Virus record (IMG/VR): IMGVR_UViG_3300010376_000094
Span: 1-33,319 of that record
From: a virus
Taxonomy: Duplodnaviria; Caudoviricetes
DNA: 33,319 nt
Strand: one strand, 5' to 3'
In this document: positions 25,482-32,848 of the stretch, piece by piece
Layout of the letters: each line of letters opens with the position of its first letter
Position numbering within the stretch: position 1 is the first letter of the stretch
Translations under genes and position numbers: made by a program
The notes under the pieces: model-generated
What the model saw: only the letters and a program-made list of their open reading frames with translations
The model's database searches: none
What the model was told of the DNA's origin: nothing

Positions 25482-26794
25482 ACGCCCATCCATGCGGTGC
25501 TGGTGGAGCGCTCGGTGGTCTCGTATTGGCTGAGCCACTGCGGCTCGGCCAGCGGCGATTGCTCCGTCTCACGCACGCCTAGCGCCAGATAGCGCATACT
25601 GTCCGCACCGTGGCTGGCGAAATCATGCACCGGCGTGTTGCGCCAGGTCTGCGCCTGCTCGTGCCACTCGCGGCGGTAGTTGCGCAGCGCGCGGATGCCT
25701 GCCCCGCACCTCTCCGCGTCGAACCAGCATTTCGGCAAAACGAGCCGCACCGCGTTGATGCCGTCGGCCGGGCTGTGTTGACGGACAATTCGCGTTGGTT
25801 TCACGCCGAGGCCGTGCAGTGTCTCGGTGCGGCTGCGGCCGGAGCCCAATTCGCGCACCTGCGCGTCATGCGGCAGCAGGTGCTTTTCGTAGGCGTAGGG
25901 GCGCTGATGCATCAGGTGAACGTAGTAATCGAGCGCCTCGCCGGAGCCCTCGATGTAGTCGATCAGCCGCCACTGACCGCCGCGGGTGACCTGCAGGAAC
26001 CAGATGGCCGTCGAATCATCGATGCCCAGATCCCAGGCGGTCCAAACTTTTAAAGTAGGTTCGTGAGGAACGTTGGTTATCCGTCCTTCCTCTTCGGCTT
26101 GCATCATGAGCTTGCCATAATACGATCCGGAGTTAGGAGCCTCGAAGCTACAGCATAGCTCCTGTTGGAACTCCTCTTCATCAAGCTCACCGCGCAACCG
26201 CTCTATCGCCTGCTCGGACAGCACGCCGGTCTTGGTGTAATCGAGAAGGTATGAGGAATAGCCTGGAGACGTGCGGGCTCTGTCATAGGCGGCCTGGAGT
26301 AACCCGCGCCCTTTGGGCGTCCCGGATCTGATAAGCGTTCCACTGGTATCTGCCAGCATCGGTTCAATTACGAGCGGCACAAGGGATGGCGTCGTATCAT
26401 CAAACTCATCGATCGCAACCTCGATCGCTCCCCCGCCACGCCAGACATCTGGGTTATCACAACCGCCGCACTGAAAGGTGGCACCACTCGGCAGCTTTAC
26501 CGCCATGTTGGACCGTTGGACGACAGCGCCTGGAATAGCCTCTGCGGCCTGCACGACCTGGTCCCAAAGGCCAGTCCGATGCCACTGGACGCCGTATGGC
26601 AGCAGGTGAACCACGCGCGCATTCGGACGCTTATCCAGCAACCCTCGACGCAGCCCACGCCACATCAGAGCCGTTGACTTCCCTGCCCTACGGTGGACAA
26701 CAGCAACAATCCGAGGCGCTGGATCGTTAATCAATGGAATCTGCCACTCACGTGGAGTAAACGGAAGCGTAACAGTTTGCCTTTTCCCCACCAT
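25478..26794 (-). CDS. terL: Terminase large subunit
   Basis: Walker A VHRRAGKST; Walker B VAIDEF; GTPKG coupling motif; nuclease WDLGIDDSTAIW and HDFASHGADSMRY. Confidence 0.95.
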   Translation of the reverse strand: MVGKRQTVTLPFTPREWQIPLINDPAPRIVAVVHRRAGKSTALMWRGLRRGLLDKRPNARVVHLLPYGVQWHRTGLWDQVVQAAEAIPGAVVQRSNMAVKLPSGATFQCGGCDNPDVWRGGGAIEVAIDEFDDTTPSLVPLVIEPMLADTSGTLIRSGTPKGRGLLQAAYDRARTSPGYSSYLLDYTKTGVLSEQAIERLRGELDEEEFQQELCCSFEAPNSGSYYGKLMMQAEEEGRITNVPHEPTLKVWTAWDLGIDDSTAIWFLQVTRGGQWRLIDYIEGSGEALDYYVHLMHQRPYAYEKHLLPHDAQVRELGSGRSRTETLHGLGVKPTRIVRQHSPADGINAVRLVLPKCWFDAERCGAGIRALRNYRREWHEQAQTWRNTPVHDFASHGADSMRYLALGVRETEQSPLAEPQWLSQYETTERSTSTAWMGV

Positions 26795-26927
26795 GAAACG
26801 ACGTGATGCCTTAACTGCCGGCCTGCGGTTCTACGACGAGGACCGAGGGCCATGTCCTCGGGGGCACGGTTACGGTCTGTCGGGGGCCTTCGGGCATTCA
26901 GGCGAACCGGAGGCCAAATCGCGCTAG
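26793..26927 (+). pseudogene. Probable truncated HNH-endonuclease N-terminus
   Basis: MKRRDALTAGLRFYDEDRGPCPRGH resembles SREEARQAGATRYFTGEPCKRGH of the HNH at 10972-11652. Confidence 0.45.
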
Positions 26928-27143
26928 CACGCCGCGCAGTTCCTTGAGAGACTTGCGGCCAAAGTTAGGCTGCCGCAGCCACCTCATCTCGGAGAGCGCA
27001 GCAACATCGTTGAGCGTCACGCACGCCATCGCCTCAATGGCATTAATAACACGCACAGAGAGGTCGATCTCGCAGAGATGCCGCAATCGGCTAATGTTGA
27101 GGTCCTGGCTGGGCAGATCAGAGTGGTCCATCCACACAGTCAT
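26898..27143 (-). CDS. Stand-alone RNA polymerase alpha-CTD-like protein
   Basis: LCEIDLSVRVINAI..MACVTLNDVAALSEMRWLRQPNFGRKSLKELRGVLARFGL parallels the RpoA CTD LELSVRSANCL...LLRTPNFGRKSLNEIKEVL. Confidence 0.8.
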   Translation of the reverse strand: MTVWMDHSDLPSQDLNISRLRHLCEIDLSVRVINAIEAMACVTLNDVAALSEMRWLRQPNFGRKSLKELRGVLARFGLRFA

Positions 27144-27416
27144 CTACTCTTACCTATGCCATTGATATGTCAGGTGCACGTGGCGCGTTCTGAAGCGAAC
27201 TGCGGCGGTTCGCTTCGCTACTCTGTGGGTTCCTGAGCGGCCTCGCCGGTCATCGACTGCGTCAATGAAAACAGCAGCTTCTATCGAGAGGCGTTACGTC
27301 CACTAATGTCCCTTTGCGGACGTTGACCGTCTCTCCGGCCTGCCACGCCTGCCCGCTATCGGTCGGCGTTCACCACGATTGAGAGCCGGGCTTCCCCGAG
27401 AGGTTCGTCGGACCTA

Positions 27417-27839
27417 CTACCCCCTCGCTTCCATCAGCTTGTCCGTTGGAGGAACCGCATTAGTTGCATTGGCGGACGCCTCGGCTTCGTCGGCGAGCTG
27501 CCGGAAATATTGCCCCGCGCCTTTCAGCCACTGCTCGGTATGCTGCTCGCCGTAAAGGCGGTCCGCGGCGTCCTCCAGCCAGTGCGCGGCTTCTCTGAGC
27601 CCGGCTACGCGGCCCGCAGCGTAGTTGGAGGTGGCCGGTTCGCCCATGTGCTTCTTCAGCAGCGCATAGCTGCGGACCCAGCGTATCAGCGAGCGATATA
27701 CGTCGGGCTGGAGCCCGACCCAGTGGTCACCACCCTCACGAGGCGCCCGCAACAGCACCTGCCAGCCGTCAAACGACGCATACAGGCCATCTCCCAGATA
27801 CGTCTCAGAACCACGCGGCGGCAGGTCGTCATCCATCAT
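27417..27839 (-). CDS. Hypothetical phage protein
   Basis: ETYLGDGLYASFDGWQVLLRA motif seen in small phage proteins; start uncertain. Confidence 0.6.
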   Translation of the reverse strand: MMDDDLPPRGSETYLGDGLYASFDGWQVLLRAPREGGDHWVGLQPDVYRSLIRWVRSYALLKKHMGEPATSNYAAGRVAGLREAAHWLEDAADRLYGEQHTEQWLKGAGQYFRQLADEAEASANATNAVPPTDKLMEARG

Positions 27840-27866
27840 TCCGTCCGATAACCCGAGCAAGCGGAC

Positions 27867-28133
27867 TTAATCCACATCCTGCAGGCTCGCCAGCGGCGGC
27901 AAGGTGACCAGCCCCACCCGCTGCACCTTCTCAGGCTTCTGCCGCGCAAAGTGTCCGTCCTCGCCACGCGGACGACCGATCCGCTGCACCAACCGTAGCC
28001 CCCGCATCTTGCGCGCCACGCTGTCGTGCGTGCGGCCCAGCCGCTCAGCGATCTGCCGCTGCGTCAGACCCTCTGCGTGTAGCTTGCGCAGCAGCGCCTC
28101 AGCGTCCTCAGTCCAGGCGACGCCACTACCCAT
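27867..28133 (-). CDS. GcrA-like N-terminal HTH protein
   Basis: WTEDAEALLRKLHAEGLTQRQIAERLGRTHDSVARKMRGLRL parallels GcrA WTDERVELLKKLWxEGLSASQIAxxLGxxSRNAVIGKVHRLGL; GcrA C-terminal domain absent. Confidence 0.7.
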   Translation of the reverse strand: MGSGVAWTEDAEALLRKLHAEGLTQRQIAERLGRTHDSVARKMRGLRLVQRIGRPRGEDGHFARQKPEKVQRVGLVTLPPLASLQDVD

Positions 28134-28665
28134 CGCGACGCCGCAGCAATGTCAGGCCGATCAGCCCAGTGCCCAGAATGGCCAGCCCACCCGGCTCCGG
28201 CACACTGCCCTGCACGGTGGACGAGAAGCTTCCTGACGCCACACCAGTCGCCTGGTTCACGGACAACTCCAGCCTGCCCAGCGTCGGCGCAAAGCCGGTC
28301 AGCGTCAGCAGCGCGTCGTCGTTCAGGCTAAGATCATTCCCCACCACGGACGGCGGGTCCACTTGGCTGGTAAGACTAACCGTGGCCACAAGGCCGTTGT
28401 TCGTCGCAACGAACAGGTTGGCCAGGTTGGTAAACGGGCTGTATTCCAGTGGCGTGTTCACAGCAACGCAGTTCACGCACGTGCCAAGCGCGGTATACGC
28501 CCCCGTGCCGTTGACCAGACTGGCGTTGGCACTGAAGGTGACGTTGACGCCGTCGAACGTGGCATTGCCGACGATGTTCATCGTGTCGCCGGGACCGATG
28601 GACGGCAGCGCATAAGCAGGCAGCGCCAGCGCACTCAGCGCTGCGGCAATGGCTACAGCTCTCAT
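28126..28665 (-). CDS. PEP-CTERM sorting domain protein
   Basis: Sec signal peptide (MRAVAIAAALSALALPAYA); Thr/Asn/Ser-rich body; C-terminal VPEPGGLAILGTGLIGLTLLRRR; AGGAG RBS. Confidence 0.92.
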   Translation of the reverse strand: MRAVAIAAALSALALPAYALPSIGPGDTMNIVGNATFDGVNVTFSANASLVNGTGAYTALGTCVNCVAVNTPLEYSPFTNLANLFVATNNGLVATVSLTSQVDPPSVVGNDLSLNDDALLTLTGFAPTLGRLELSVNQATGVASGSFSSTVQGSVPEPGGLAILGTGLIGLTLLRRRDG

Positions 28666-28676
28666 GGCATATTCTC

Positions 28677-28745
28677 CTAGGTTGCCGATGAAACGACGAT
28701 GATGGCGATGGCCACGATGACGCCGAGCAGCGTGTAGTCACTCAT
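28677..28745 (-). CDS. Possible 22-aa membrane peptide
   Basis: MSDYTLLGVIVAIAIIVVSSAT fills the gap between neighbours and overlaps the upstream stop. Confidence 0.35.
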   Translation of the reverse strand: MSDYTLLGVIVAIAIIVVSSAT

Positions 28746-28995
28746 GCGTGGCTATGAGCTTTTTGCGCACCGCAATGCAGTCCTCTCGCACCGCGATGAA
28801 GTTGCCGTTGGTCACGAACAGTATGCAGCGAGCGCCTGGCGCAAGATGGCTGCGAACCTGCGGCTCACGAATGGACGAGACTTCCTCGGGGTTGACGTAA
28901 ATGACCTGACGTCCGTCTGGCGAATGCAGCTCCACCAACGCGATGCTGCCGACAAGGATGGCGGCGCCAGGGAGGAAACGAGCCGGCGCCGCCAT
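28738..28995 (-). CDS. Small beta-rich protein (FlbD-like pattern)
   Basis: LVELHSPDGRQVIYVNPEEVSSIRE...IAVREDC..V..KL. Confidence 0.6.
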   Translation of the reverse strand: MAAPARFLPGAAILVGSIALVELHSPDGRQVIYVNPEEVSSIREPQVRSHLAPGARCILFVTNGNFIAVREDCIAVRKKLIATHE

Positions 28996-29001
28996 GTGCC
29001 A

Positions 29002-29202
29002 TCATCCCGACGGCAGAGTTTCCGGCCTGCCAACGGCCAGAAACAGCGACACACGCACCATGCCATGCAGCATGCGCACCACATGCGGTTGCTGACCCGC
29101 CTGCACCGCCGCATCAAGCTCAGCCTGCGCTGCCTGATCCGTCGCCAGCTCACGCTCGAAGTGGTCAGCGGTGTCGCTCAGCAGGTCCTCGAGTGCGCTC
29201 AC
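29002..29202 (-). CDS. Hypothetical protein
   Basis: GTGA overlap with the upstream stop; 66 aa. Confidence 0.5.
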   Translation of the reverse strand: MSALEDLLSDTADHFERELATDQAAQAELDAAVQAGQQPHVVRMLHGMVRVSLFLAVGRPETLPSG

Positions 29203-29681
29203 TTCGGTCCGGTTTCCGTCTCGCCAGGGAAGTAACCCCAGCCCCACGGCGCAACATAGGCCCAGCCACCCGCTTCCGGCGGTGGCTTGACCGCCATATC
29301 CGGCGGCGGTGGCGTCACATCAGGCGGCGCAGGCGGTAGGTGAATGGGCGGCTGCGGCCGCGGATCGTTCGGTCCCCAGATCACCAGCGGCGGCTCGCCA
29401 GGGTTGACCGGCGGCAGATAGATCGGCGGCGTCGGCCTTGGGTCAGTCGGGCCCCAAATGCCAGGCGGCTGGCCACCCGGATGGAACGGCGGCGTCGGTC
29501 TGGGATCGTTCGGTCCCCAGATGCCCAACGGTGGCTCGCCACCACCTTCACCTGGCGGCATCGGACCACCGCCTACGCCTAGGTCAGACAGATAGCCTTG
29601 GCCCTCGAGACGCACCGCACGCCCTGTGCGCGTGGCTTTGTCCCACAGAACGCCGTCAATGGTTATGCCCACTGTGGCCAT
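29199..29681 (-). CDS. Proline-rich repeat protein
   Basis: AGGAG RBS; three IWGP(N/T)DPRP(T/Q)PP repeats; Trp/Tyr-rich end GGWAYVAPWGWGYFP. Confidence 0.75.
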   Translation of the reverse strand: MATVGITIDGVLWDKATRTGRAVRLEGQGYLSDLGVGGGPMPPGEGGGEPPLGIWGPNDPRPTPPFHPGGQPPGIWGPTDPRPTPPIYLPPVNPGEPPLVIWGPNDPRPQPPIHLPPAPPDVTPPPPDMAVKPPPEAGGWAYVAPWGWGYFPGETETGPK

Positions 29682-29738
29682 GCATATTCTCCTGATGTCT
29701 GTGTAGTGTTACTTGTCGGCACGGGACGTGTCGTGCAG

Positions 29739-29933
29739 CTATTTAGGCGGGTTAGCCTTACGCTGCGCGCGGGTCATCTGGTTGCGCGCCACGCCTTGCT
29801 GCGTCGCTTTGACAGAGCCGGGCTTCAAGTCACCGGCCTTCTGCAGTGACTTGACCGCGATGGGCCACGCGCTCTTGGTTGGCACACCGCGTGCGGCGAT
29901 GCGCTTAACCGCCTTATCCAACAGACCGGGCAC
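29739..29933 (-). CDS. Small basic phage protein
   Basis: AGGAG then GTG 29933: MPGLLDKAVKRIAARGVPTKSAWPIAVKSLQKAGDLKPGS. Confidence 0.65.
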   Translation of the reverse strand: MPGLLDKAVKRIAARGVPTKSAWPIAVKSLQKAGDLKPGSVKATQQGVARNQMTRAQRKANPPK

Positions 29934-30114
29934 TGTGGCTCCTGACAGCAGCGAGATACGCCGCATGATAGGCAGGATCGTTACACTTGGCGGAAACCAC
30001 TTCGTAGTGCGCACAGAGCAGACGGTAGGCCGTCGTCCAGTCACCATCATGGGATGCGGTGAGTGCAGCGGCAGCGAGACGCTGTAGTTCGTGGTAGTCA
30101 TCAGCAGGCGTCAC
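29914..30114 (-). CDS. Hypothetical protein
   Basis: GTGA overlap; MTPADDYHELQRLAAAAL. Confidence 0.5.
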   Translation of the reverse strand: MTPADDYHELQRLAAAALTASHDGDWTTAYRLLCAHYEVVSAKCNDPAYHAAYLAAVRSHSARSVG

Positions 30115-30278
30115 AGATATCCGAGCAGCAACAGGATCAGCACGATCAGCAGCAGCAGGAACACCAGGCTGCCGCCATACATATATCCCGGGCCATACCA
30201 CGGCTGACGATGGCCCCACGCGCCGCCAAGCAGCAGCACGACCAGCACCACGACGAGGATGATCGTTAGCGGGTTCAT
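30111..30278 (-). CDS. DUF3309-like small membrane protein (55 aa, not in the ORF track)
   Basis: MNPLTIILVVVLVVLLLGGAWGHRQPWYGPGYMYGGSLVFLLLLIVLILLLLGYL: two TM helices with a Gly/Tyr loop. Confidence 0.75.
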   Translation of the reverse strand: MNPLTIILVVVLVVLLLGGAWGHRQPWYGPGYMYGGSLVFLLLLIVLILLLLGYL

Positions 30279-30457
30279 GCGCGCATGGTTACGTTGGGAA
30301 ACCGCAGGCGGATGCCGTTCGTGCCGCTCTCAGCCAAGGCATCCTTGAACAGCTCCATAGCGCGCTCGGCTTTCTCGGCGCTGACGCATTTCACCTGGAT
30401 AACCAGCGTATCACCTTCGCGCTCAATGACAGTATGCGTCTGCGTATCGTCGCTCAT
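30275..30457 (-). CDS. Hypothetical protein
   Basis: 60 aa; ATGA overlaps at both ends. Confidence 0.55.
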   Translation of the reverse strand: MSDDTQTHTVIEREGDTLVIQVKCVSAEKAERAMELFKDALAESGTNGIRLRFPNVTMRA

Positions 30458-30555
30458 GTCATATGCATGATGGCTGTATATGCACCGTAGCTACAGAGCG
30501 CTAATGCGAGCCATGTGACGGTGAGCAGCGCGAGCAACTCGAGGAACCTGTACAC
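30454..30555 (-). CDS. Possible 33-aa membrane peptide
   Basis: GTG start, MYRFLELLALLTVTWLALALCSYGAYTAIMHMT, ATGA overlap with the next gene. Confidence 0.4.
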   Translation of the reverse strand: MYRFLELLALLTVTWLALALCSYGAYTAIMHMT

Positions 30556-30566
30556 CCCATTTGTAT

Positions 30567-30905
30567 CTACTCCGCGGGCGTGTCCCACTCGATTTCCAGA
30601 GTGGTTTCATCTGCATCTATGGTGGGTGCTACGTTTGTAGTTACAGGCTGTGCTGGCGCCCATTCGAATGCGATGGCAACGGGGCGATCGGGATCGCCGC
30701 GCAGCTCTGTCACAGCAAGATCGGGCAATGTCTTGCGCAACAGACCGAGAGCGGCTCGCACCTGGGTATCTGACATTTCAACCGGGCGAGTAGTCTGTGG
30801 GTCATTCAACCCTAAAGCGAATAGATTCAGCCGCTTGCAGAGCTGTGTGGTCTGGATAGCGGCACGGCACCTTTCGTCCTGACGTGGATTGATCCTGGCT
30901 GCCAT
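30567..30905 (-). CDS. Putative terminase small subunit
   Basis: MAARINPR...IQTTQLCKRL...MSDTQVRAALGLLRKTLPDL resembles a phage family usually found before terL; first gene after the antiterminator. Confidence 0.6.
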   Translation of the reverse strand: MAARINPRQDERCRAAIQTTQLCKRLNLFALGLNDPQTTRPVEMSDTQVRAALGLLRKTLPDLAVTELRGDPDRPVAIAFEWAPAQPVTTNVAPTIDADETTLEIEWDTPAE

Positions 30906-30911
30906 GGACCG

Positions 30912-31490
30912 TCACGCTTCCCGTGCCCTGAGACAATCCACATCCACTGCGACCTCGCGCAGCTGACCGAGCATCATCAGCGAGACGAGGGCCATATCGG
31001 TCCCGACGCTGAGCACCATGGCGTGGTGTCCTTCCATTGGCCCTTTGCGGAGGCTCACAGCGTCGCCTGGGCGCCACGGCGGCTCCTGGGCTGGGGGTAT
31101 AGCCCTCTCGACCTCGGCGGCCTGTAGCGCGCTCACAGCGCCTTCTGGGCATATGCTCGGCCGATCACCCGTCATGAGCAGCTGGAACACGCCTGGGGCG
31201 TATCTGACGGGGTTCCAGGGCCGGCTGAGATCGAGGCGGACGAACAGGTAGCCTGGGAACAGCGGGCCGGTATGCCAGGTGCGGTCGCGCCAGCGGACGG
31301 TGACGAGCGGCAGGTAGGCTTCGAAGCCGCGGCGGTGCAGGTTGGCGTGGGCGAGGCGCTCGGCCTGTGGCTTGGAGGCGACGACGCACCAGGGCGGACG
31401 GCTACCGCTAGGCGCTTGGCAACGAAGTGGAGGCTGTTGCCGCAGCCTTTCCGGCGTATCTACGCACTCACGGATTGTTGCGTCAAGCAT
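30912..31490 (-). CDS. NusG/RfaH-family transcription antiterminator
   Basis: NGN domain WCVVASKPQAE..A..NL.RRGFEAYLP...PLFPGYLFV; KOW domain GDAVSLRKGPMEG. Confidence 0.9.
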   Translation of the reverse strand: MLDATIRECVDTPERLRQQPPLRCQAPSGSRPPWCVVASKPQAERLAHANLHRRGFEAYLPLVTVRWRDRTWHTGPLFPGYLFVRLDLSRPWNPVRYAPGVFQLLMTGDRPSICPEGAVSALQAAEVERAIPPAQEPPWRPGDAVSLRKGPMEGHHAMVLSVGTDMALVSLMMLGQLREVAVDVDCLRAREA

Positions 31491-32025
31491 CGTTGTGTGC
31501 CGGAACGACGCGGAACGTTGGCTTCGGTAGATCTGGGCCTTTGACGCCGGCGCGTTTGTAGGCCTCGGTCAGCTCGGCGCGCGTCATCTCCCGTCGCGTA
31601 GCTGGCAACGCGTTGTTTGCCTTGGCGTAGTAGGCGGCTTTCTCGGTTTCTTCCTGCTTCAGTTCGCCAATGACGCGGGCGACCACGCTGGCGACATGCT
31701 GCAGTTCGTTGGGATGGCGTGGTGAGGGTGGTTCTGACGGTGGAGTCGCCTCTTTTGCCGCAATGAGTGGCGGCATTGGGCGATGTTCGCGCCACCACGG
31801 CACGAGTGCGTCGCACAATTCGGCGTAGGTAGGGAAGAATTTGCACTGGCTTGCGACGTGCTCGAGGGAGTCTGGACAGAAGGCGGCGGTTGACCCGAAG
31901 CGTTGCAGGAGCATCGGCACATAGGCGCCAAGCTTTCCCACCAATTCGTCCTTGGCCATATTGGCCTGGGTAAGCGTTGCGAGGGCTTTGAGCCAATCGC
32001 GGACGATGGCTTGTGGGTCATGCAT
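31483..32025 (-). CDS. Hypothetical replication-associated protein (lambda P-like position)
   Basis: Follows the initiator; CKFFPTYAEL motif. Confidence 0.6.
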   Translation of the reverse strand: MHDPQAIVRDWLKALATLTQANMAKDELVGKLGAYVPMLLQRFGSTAAFCPDSLEHVASQCKFFPTYAELCDALVPWWREHRPMPPLIAAKEATPPSEPPSPRHPNELQHVASVVARVIGELKQEETEKAAYYAKANNALPATRREMTRAELTEAYKRAGVKGPDLPKPTFRVVPAHNDA

Positions 32026-32848
32026 GGCCTTTGGCCTCCGCTGCCAGCAACAGGCGTTCGAGTGCTTGGTGGCCTTCCGCGGCGATGGACATGCCCTCGT
32101 CGGCAATGACCGCTAGTCCGGCGTTGCGAAACGGTCGGACGGCTGCCATCAGCCAACCTCCCGGATCGAGTGGGCGGCATTGGTCGCACTCCCGCAGCTT
32201 GGCCAGTACCAGGGCACAGTCGTCCCTTGCAACCTTGAGTAGTTTGCCTAGGAAGGCCCTGGCGCTGGTATCCATGACGCCGGTGAGCCGCTGGACAATC
32301 CTTACCCCATCGCTAAACAATTCATCTCGAGGGCCGTCTGACGAGCCAGCGGCAACGCCGCGCTCGTCCGCTACGCTAGTAGCGGAAAGGTTCTTACTTG
32401 GTTCTACTAAAGGTTTGGCGGCACGTGGTGCCGGTGTTTTGGCAGTAGGTGCCGGTGTCGCGGCACTAGGTGCCGGTGTTGTGCGGCGCACACCGGCAGT
32501 AGGTGCCGGTATTTCATCGGTAGTAGGTGCTGGTGTTGGAATATCATTGCCGGCACTATATGCCGGTGTATCGCGATCCGCTCCGTTGCTTGGGCGGCAT
32601 ATTTGATACAACCTGGACTTGCTGAGTGGCTCGCTACGAATGAGCCCAACTGCCTCTAGGCGTTGCAACGAAATGCGGACCTGGCGCTCCTTTAGCCCGG
32701 CCGCCTCGCCGATCACCGCTTGGCTAGGCCACGTCTCGCCACAGCCGTTGGCCATGTCGCACAGCACCACCAGCACCATTCGGTCGCTCAGCGGCAGCTT
32801 GCGCCGGCGTCCCTCAGCAATCGCCCAGCCCGTCGCCGGCACGCTCAT
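32018..32848 (-). CDS. Phage replication initiator (N-terminal winged HTH, lambda O-like organisation)
   Basis: VLVVLCDMAN..GETWPSQ..I...AGLKERQVR..L.RLE..GLI; central TPAP repeat linker. Confidence 0.85.
   Translation of the reverse strand: MSVPATGWAIAEGRRRKLPLSDRMVLVVLCDMANGCGETWPSQAVIGEAAGLKERQVRISLQRLEAVGLIRSEPLSKSRLYQICRPSNGADRDTPAYSAGNDIPTPAPTTDEIPAPTAGVRRTTPAPSAATPAPTAKTPAPRAAKPLVEPSKNLSATSVADERGVAAGSSDGPRDELFSDGVRIVQRLTGVMDTSARAFLGKLLKVARDDCALVLAKLRECDQCRPLDPGGWLMAAVRPFRNAGLAVIADEGMSIAAEGHQALERLLLAAEAKGHA
32420..32570. repeat. Iteron-like direct repeats (putative origin) inside the initiator gene
   Basis: GGTGCCGGTG-like cores at 32427, 32448, 32469, 32502, 32526, 32559; AT-richer tract at ~32389-32416. 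Confidence 0.7.

Noticed and set aside
27170-27416. Second group I or II intron upstream of terL, or a tRNA
   Set aside because: No P7 pair or R/S core, no domain V, no cloverleaf, and no split exons evident
32420-32570. CRISPR array
   Set aside because: Repeats are short, degenerate, in frame within a gene, and lack unique 30-40 nt spacers
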